From IMG/VR virus record IMGVR_UViG_3300045741_000405, positions 1 through 62,458 of that record: DNA of 62,458 nucleotides; one strand, given 5' to 3'. Below the pieces are notes generated by a model. The model made no database searches. It was not told where the DNA came from and saw only the letters and a program-made list of their open reading frames with translations. Each line of letters opens with the position of its first letter. Position 1 is the stretch's first letter. The stretch is from a virus. Its lineage: Duplodnaviria; Caudoviricetes. Positions 58,373 through 62,458 of this stretch are shown here, one piece after another. Position numbers and translations under genes: made by a program.

Positions 58373-58523
58373 GGCTTTCCTTGCTTTTATAACGGTACTT
58401 ATTTGTGGTTTAGTGTTTCCCTTCAACCAGCTCATTACCTATCGGCAGTATGTCACTATCGTTGGTTCATTCTTAGGAATAATGTCTTTTCTTTACCTTA
58501 TCTGGGTTTTAGTAGAATCATAG
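58359..58523 (+). CDS. 54-aa two-TM membrane protein (not in ORF track)
   Basis: MRSFKAFLAFITVLICGLVF...VTIVGSFLGIMSFLYLIWVLVES. Confidence 0.5.
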   Translation: MRSFKAFLAFITVLICGLVFPFNQLITYRQYVTIVGSFLGIMSFLYLIWVLVES

Positions 58524-58536
58524 AGAGGAGGTAAGC

Positions 58537-58593
58537 ATGGCAAAGAAGAAGCCCAAGAAGCCGATGCCGGGAATGCCCAAGCCAGGTTGTTGA
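58537..58593 (+). CDS. 18-aa micro-ORF MAKKKPKKPMPGMPKPGC
   Basis: GAGGAGGT SD; followed by a hairpin. Confidence 0.5.
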   Translation: MAKKKPKKPMPGMPKPGC

Positions 58594-58603
58594 GCTAAAA
58601 TCA

Positions 58604-58630
58604 GGGGAGGAATTCTATTCCTCCCCATTT
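58604..58630 (+). terminator. Hairpin / probable terminator
   Basis: GGGGAGGAAT-TCT-ATTCCTCCCC then ATTT. Confidence 0.55.
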
Positions 58631-58660
58631 ATTCCTAGGAATAATTGAGGGGTACTCACC

Positions 58661-58939
58661 ATGGCCATACATTGGTCCGATCGTGTCCTTAGACATACCT
58701 ACGTTACGGATATGTCCGGAAGAAAATGGTTGGTATCTACCGTGTTAGTAATTCACAAATGGGGAGCAAGCCCAATATCGTTCTATGAAACGATGGTGTT
58801 TCAGTCTCTACCGAATAATGAAATTGATTATACAGATCAGTACGTAGAGCGTTATGCGAATGATCATGAAGCTATCTCCGGCCATGAGAAAGCTTGTGCT
58901 CTTGTAGCAGGATGGAATGATGCCGTACACAAAGAATGA
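58661..58939 (+). CDS. Hypothetical phage protein
   Basis: VSTV...YETMVF...ERY...A..GH motif; GAGG SD. Confidence 0.65.
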   Translation: MAIHWSDRVLRHTYVTDMSGRKWLVSTVLVIHKWGASPISFYETMVFQSLPNNEIDYTDQYVERYANDHEAISGHEKACALVAGWNDAVHKE

Positions 58940-59117
58940 AGCTACTCTTGCAGCTATCGAAGTGCTTGAATTCTTAGAGCACCTTCCACAGATAAAAAAG
59001 ATAGATGGTAAATGGACCTATTTTGGATATTGGTCCAAGGAATTCGTCCAAGCACTACACGATATATGTTACAGGGAACGGAAGAGATTGGAAGAACATG
59101 AAGATAGGCAGGTATGA
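58917..59117 (+). CDS. Hypothetical protein
   Basis: Overlaps the previous ORF. Confidence 0.5.
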   Translation: MMPYTKNEATLAAIEVLEFLEHLPQIKKIDGKWTYFGYWSKEFVQALHDICYRERKRLEEHEDRQV

Positions 59118-59218
59118 GGTAATATTCCTTTCCCAATAAATAGGGTACCAACTAAACCCTATTATTATCCTCCCCCAAAACACTCCCTCCCCCCTACCCA
59201 TGGTAATTATTCCTAAGA

Positions 59219-59485
59219 CTAAAATCAGGATTATTCCTAGGAATAATTGAGAACTAAAATCAGAGTTCGATATCATACAGCTAAATTAGATTCAGCTAAA
59301 ATCAGTGGGTTGAAGATATTCTTCAGGAATAATTGGGAACTAAAATCAGTGCCCATCCAAGAGGTACAAACAACTAAAATCAGTGCTCTATGGAATTAGG
59401 GGCAACTAAAATCAGAACCCAACAAAACTAAAAACAGAATTAGCTAAAATCAGTTTTAACTAAAATCAGTTTTAACTAAAATCAG
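59219..59485 (+). repeat. Iteron-like CTAAAATCAG direct repeats
   Basis: Exact copies at 59219, 59254, 59296, 59340, 59374, 59406, 59444, 59460, 59476; variants at 59281 and 59428. Confidence 0.85.
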
Positions 59486-59554
59486 GCCGCCGGCCCAGCC
59501 AGCTACCCCCCGCTCTGGGCGCGAAAACTTGCCATGTATCCGCGCCCTGTTTTT

Positions 59555-59835
59555 CGGTGGGGAATTTTTCCCAGTGGAATTTTTCCCACAAATGGGAAAT
59601 TTTTCCCATAGGCGTTATTCCTACGAATATAGGAAAAATTCCTACGAATATAGGCGTTATTCCTATAGGCATTATTCCTACGAATATAGGCGTTATTCCT
59701 ACGAATCTTTCCTATAGGAATTTTTCCTACGAATATAGAAATTTTTCTTATAGGCATTATTCTTACGAATATAGGCGTTATTCCTATAGGCATTATTCTT
59801 ACGAATATTGGAATCTTTTACCATAGGCATTATTT
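59555..59835. repeat. Degenerate tandem array related to the genome-wide palindrome
   Basis: About seven TTCYTACGAAT, several TTCCTATAGG and GGGAA(A)TTTTTCCC units. Confidence 0.85.
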
Positions 59836-60038
59836 GGCATGATATTTTATTTTTTGAATTGGCATAGCAATTGCGCCGCGCGCGTGCGCGATGATGATAC
59901 GTATTGGATCGGCTTTGTGGGATTTTGAAAATTTTCAAAAATTTTAGTTGCGAGACCTTGTTCCTAGGGCTATAGATGAGCGTAGATATTAAGGATTCGG
60001 ATGGGCCGGATCCCAAATATCGAAAGAAGGAGATAGAC

Positions 60039-60221
60039 ATGATTCGCACCGAGAAAATTTCCGCTACGTACTACATCGCAGTCCGATCTAGCTATGATCC
60101 GATGCGCGTATGTGGTGTCAATGGTGGTGGGGCGACGCGGGCGAAAGCTAGGGCCGATCTCCTGCGCCAAGAGCGGTCGGCCGGAGTATGTCATGCCCGC
60201 CGCCAGGAGCAGCGGAAGTAA
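60039..60221 (+). CDS. Hypothetical protein
   Basis: AAGGAG SD before ATG at 60039. Confidence 0.5.
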   Translation: MIRTEKISATYYIAVRSSYDPMRVCGVNGGGATRAKARADLLRQERSAGVCHARRQEQRK

Positions 60222-60269
60222 TTTAATGGGATTTTTTTGTTGGTTCCTTTTTTGGAGATTTTTTTATCG

Positions 60270-60452
60270 ATGGAAAAGTATGATGGATGTCCGATGTGTG
60301 GCATGCAGATTATCTACGGCGATGAGCGCTCGACGTGGTATCGTGGGCGATGGTACTGTTCATCCGATTGCGTCGGGGAGGCCGATGCGGAATACTGCGC
60401 CGAAATAGACGCGGAAGCTGACGCCGATTTCATCGAACAGGACCTCTACTGA
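60270..60452 (+). CDS. Small Cys-rich protein (CPMC...YCSSDC)
   Basis: TRASH/YHS-like Cys spacing, acidic tail. Confidence 0.5.
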   Translation: MEKYDGCPMCGMQIIYGDERSTWYRGRWYCSSDCVGEADAEYCAEIDAEADADFIEQDLY

Positions 60453-60495
60453 GTCAGTATGGATTCATTCCCAGGAATAATGGAGGGAAACAGCA

Positions 60496-61521
60496 ATGGC
60501 ACATATGATCGAATCTCGATTCGTTGTTGGTTCGACGAATATCTGGAATACGAAAAATCTGCAAGCGGAGGGGGTTCGAGCGATCCAGCTCGAAAAAGCC
60601 CCATCGATCGCTGAAGCGATTACTCTCGCTGGGCTTAACTGGCGGGTGGCGTTGGACTCTATCTATGATGGGAATGGGCGGAGTATCGATGGGTATTTTC
60701 GTACGATGCGCGCGGACACTAGTGCTACTCTCGGAGTAGTCCAGAGCCGCTATCGGCCACTGCAGAATGTTGACGCTTTTGCATCTTTTCAGGGGCTCAT
60801 TGACTCTGGGAAGATGACACTTGAGACTGCTGGCTCTTTGCGTAATGGCCAGTTAGTCTGGATTCTTGGAAAAATTTGGGAAGCTACTCTTTCGCAGCAT
60901 GACCATCTCGTATCCTATCTTTGCCTTTCTAATGGCCACAATGGCCGTTGGACTCTGAAGGTACAGGGAACAACGACTAGGGTTGAATGCCACAACACGT
61001 TGATGCAGTCGACGGCCAAAGGTGATTTTACCTCGATCAAACATACTCGATCCATTGGTGATCGGCTTTCGAAGGAGATGCAGATGTGGGAGAGTATGAT
61101 TCGCACCAATGAATCTTTTGCGATCGACTGTCAGAAAATGCTCGACACTATGCTTTCGGAGAAGCGAGCGTACGAGTATTTCGATGAGCTTTTTGTCGCC
61201 AAAAAAAAGCCAACCACGGAAAAGGAATCGGTGATGGATGATCTTTTGCGGGGTGGATCGGTAGAACGGAAGCAAGTGGTTGATGAGTTGCTTGATGGTC
61301 GAGCTACGAAGGTGCGCGACAGGGTTCGTGAAATTTACGAATCCCAGGATAAGATTGTAGGTGGTGCGCGTGGTACTGCTTGGCGAGCGTATCAGGCGGT
61401 TACTAGCTATTTGTCTCATGATGCATCCCGGACGGAAGATGGGGCGAAGTTGAAGGAGATCGTTGACGCCGATCCTAAGGTAGCAGAAGCGCATAGGCTA
61501 TTGATGTCGATCATTGCGTAG
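60496..61521 (+). CDS. DUF932-family phage/plasmid protein
   Basis: AGLNWRV, LGVV..RY.PLQN, ETAGSLRNG, NGHNG, RVECHNTL, GTAWRAYQAVT. Confidence 0.85.
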   Translation: MAHMIESRFVVGSTNIWNTKNLQAEGVRAIQLEKAPSIAEAITLAGLNWRVALDSIYDGNGRSIDGYFRTMRADTSATLGVVQSRYRPLQNVDAFASFQGLIDSGKMTLETAGSLRNGQLVWILGKIWEATLSQHDHLVSYLCLSNGHNGRWTLKVQGTTTRVECHNTLMQSTAKGDFTSIKHTRSIGDRLSKEMQMWESMIRTNESFAIDCQKMLDTMLSEKRAYEYFDELFVAKKKPTTEKESVMDDLLRGGSVERKQVVDELLDGRATKVRDRVREIYESQDKIVGGARGTAWRAYQAVTSYLSHDASRTEDGAKLKEIVDADPKVAEAHRLLMSIIA

Positions 61522-61580
61522 TCTAGTCCATTATTCCTCAGGAATATTCATGTCGGATATTCCTGAGGAATAATCTATCA

Positions 61581-61967
61581 ATGGAAGGGAATGTACAGAT
61601 GGAAAAGAACGAATTAGTTCGGATGTGTTATGTCCTGCGAGAAAAGCGATGTGCTCTTGAACGTGAAGGCCGGGAAATCAAAAAGATTGAAGATAAGTTG
61701 ATCGAACAGGTGAAGGATGCTATGTTCGGTGGATTTGAACTTTCCACCGAAAACTACATTGCATCGGTGAAGAAAATTGGCATCTTTCCATCGTGGAAAA
61801 CTGTGGTCGAAAAAGCACTTGGAGAAGCGTATATCGAAAAGGTGATTGACGAAACACCACCGACATATGGTATCGAGATTAAAAGGAGAATGGATGCTAC
61901 CATGCGGGAGAAGATTGAGGATGCATTCCCTGATATTCTTGCGCAAGCGAAGAGAATGGTAGGCTAG
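61581..61967 (+). CDS. Hypothetical protein, paralogue of 54204-54503
   Basis: LEREGREI / LEREAREI and PSWK motifs shared. Confidence 0.7.
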   Translation: MEGNVQMEKNELVRMCYVLREKRCALEREGREIKKIEDKLIEQVKDAMFGGFELSTENYIASVKKIGIFPSWKTVVEKALGEAYIEKVIDETPPTYGIEIKRRMDATMREKIEDAFPDILAQAKRMVG

Positions 61968-61968
61968 T

Positions 61969-62154
61969 ATGGGAAAGATAGTAGTATTGAGTGTTTTTCT
62001 TTCTTGGGCATTTTATTTTTTCCGACCAGAGTTTGAATCCTCTTGGATATCTTTCTCATTTTGGATGATGGTTCTTATTCTCATTCAGTTGGTGATGGCA
62101 TTGATTGATCCGAATGTGGGGAGAGATCTTCGGAGGAGGGGAAGAAGATACTAA
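61969..62154 (+). CDS. Small two-TM membrane protein
   Basis: Two hydrophobic segments, basic tail. Confidence 0.55.
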   Translation: MGKIVVLSVFLSWAFYFFRPEFESSWISFSFWMMVLILIQLVMALIDPNVGRDLRRRGRRY

Positions 62155-62230
62155 TGGGAATGCCAAAAACTATCGTAGTGAGCATGGATATAGCATCTTG
62201 AACTATTCATGAGATGCTCAGTGGTGCGTA

Positions 62231-62270
62231 AGGGAAAGAGTATCTATGATGGTACTCTTTCCCTTTTTTT
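62231..62270 (+). terminator. Rho-independent terminator ending the + strand transcription unit
   Basis: AGGGAAAGAGTA / TACTCTTTCCCT stem followed by a T run. Confidence 0.8.
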
Positions 62271-62310
62271 ATTGGAATGTAGCAATGGAATGTATAGATG
62301 GAATGTATCG

Positions 62311-62458
62311 ATGGAAAATAGGGATGGAATGTAGAAGATGTGGATTTTCCGGTCCATGCCCCCCCCCCTACAATATTCCTAAGAATGAATGCACACTATG
62401 ACAGTATGGATTCATTCCTAAGAATATTTCCATTGCTACACTATAGTATTCATGTACG
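62311..62458. repeat. Terminal direct repeat / circular overlap (right copy)
   Basis: Matches 1-147. Confidence 0.95.

Noticed and set aside
1150-59246. IIPRNN/LFLGII as a conserved protein motif, or the palindrome as an adapter artefact
   Set aside because: It is read in different frames and is often intergenic; in-gene copies keep the frame and natural variants exist
59472-60049. ORFs over the repeat region (RRNNAY / YSYEY)
   Set aside because: Translations of the tandem repeats with no supporting translation signals
1-62458. tRNA, rRNA, integrase, transposase, parA
   Set aside because: None recognised by eye; tRNAscan and HMM searches would be needed to exclude them formally

Overview
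The window looks like a complete, circularly assembled ~62.3 kb tailed dsDNA phage genome; positions 1-147 recur at 62311-62458. The + strand carries an HK97-type head module (TerS, TerL, portal, protease, MCP), membrane/lysis-like genes and a ~9 kb block of Ser/Thr-rich putative virion appendage genes. It continues with a lambda-like non-contractile tail (tube, frameshifted chaperone, tape measure, Dit/L/K/J-like), a glycosyltransferase/methyltransferase pair, and a replication module (ParB-like, SSB-like, RecA, SNF2, PolA, DnaB, CHC2 Zn finger, Ski2/Hel308-like helicase, MazG). A repeat-rich non-coding region lies at ~59.15-59.95 kb, and a short leftward operon at 57-5794. Two features stand out. 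(1) A tandem array of eight ATGA-coupled paralogous mini-genes (3741-5452) encodes peptides with a conserved 12-aa leader and a (Ser-X)n body with X mostly Trp/Arg/Gly, built from GGAGCN hexamers, just downstream of a small beta-rich protein gene. (2) A 16-bp palindrome, TTATTCCTAGGAATAA, occurs in 23 perfect copies by my count plus roughly 30 variants. It fills many gene junctions exactly, sits in a promoter spacer and is embedded in coding sequence, in a genome that encodes an orphan ParB-HTH protein. Product calls come from motif recognition and synteny only; no searches were run.
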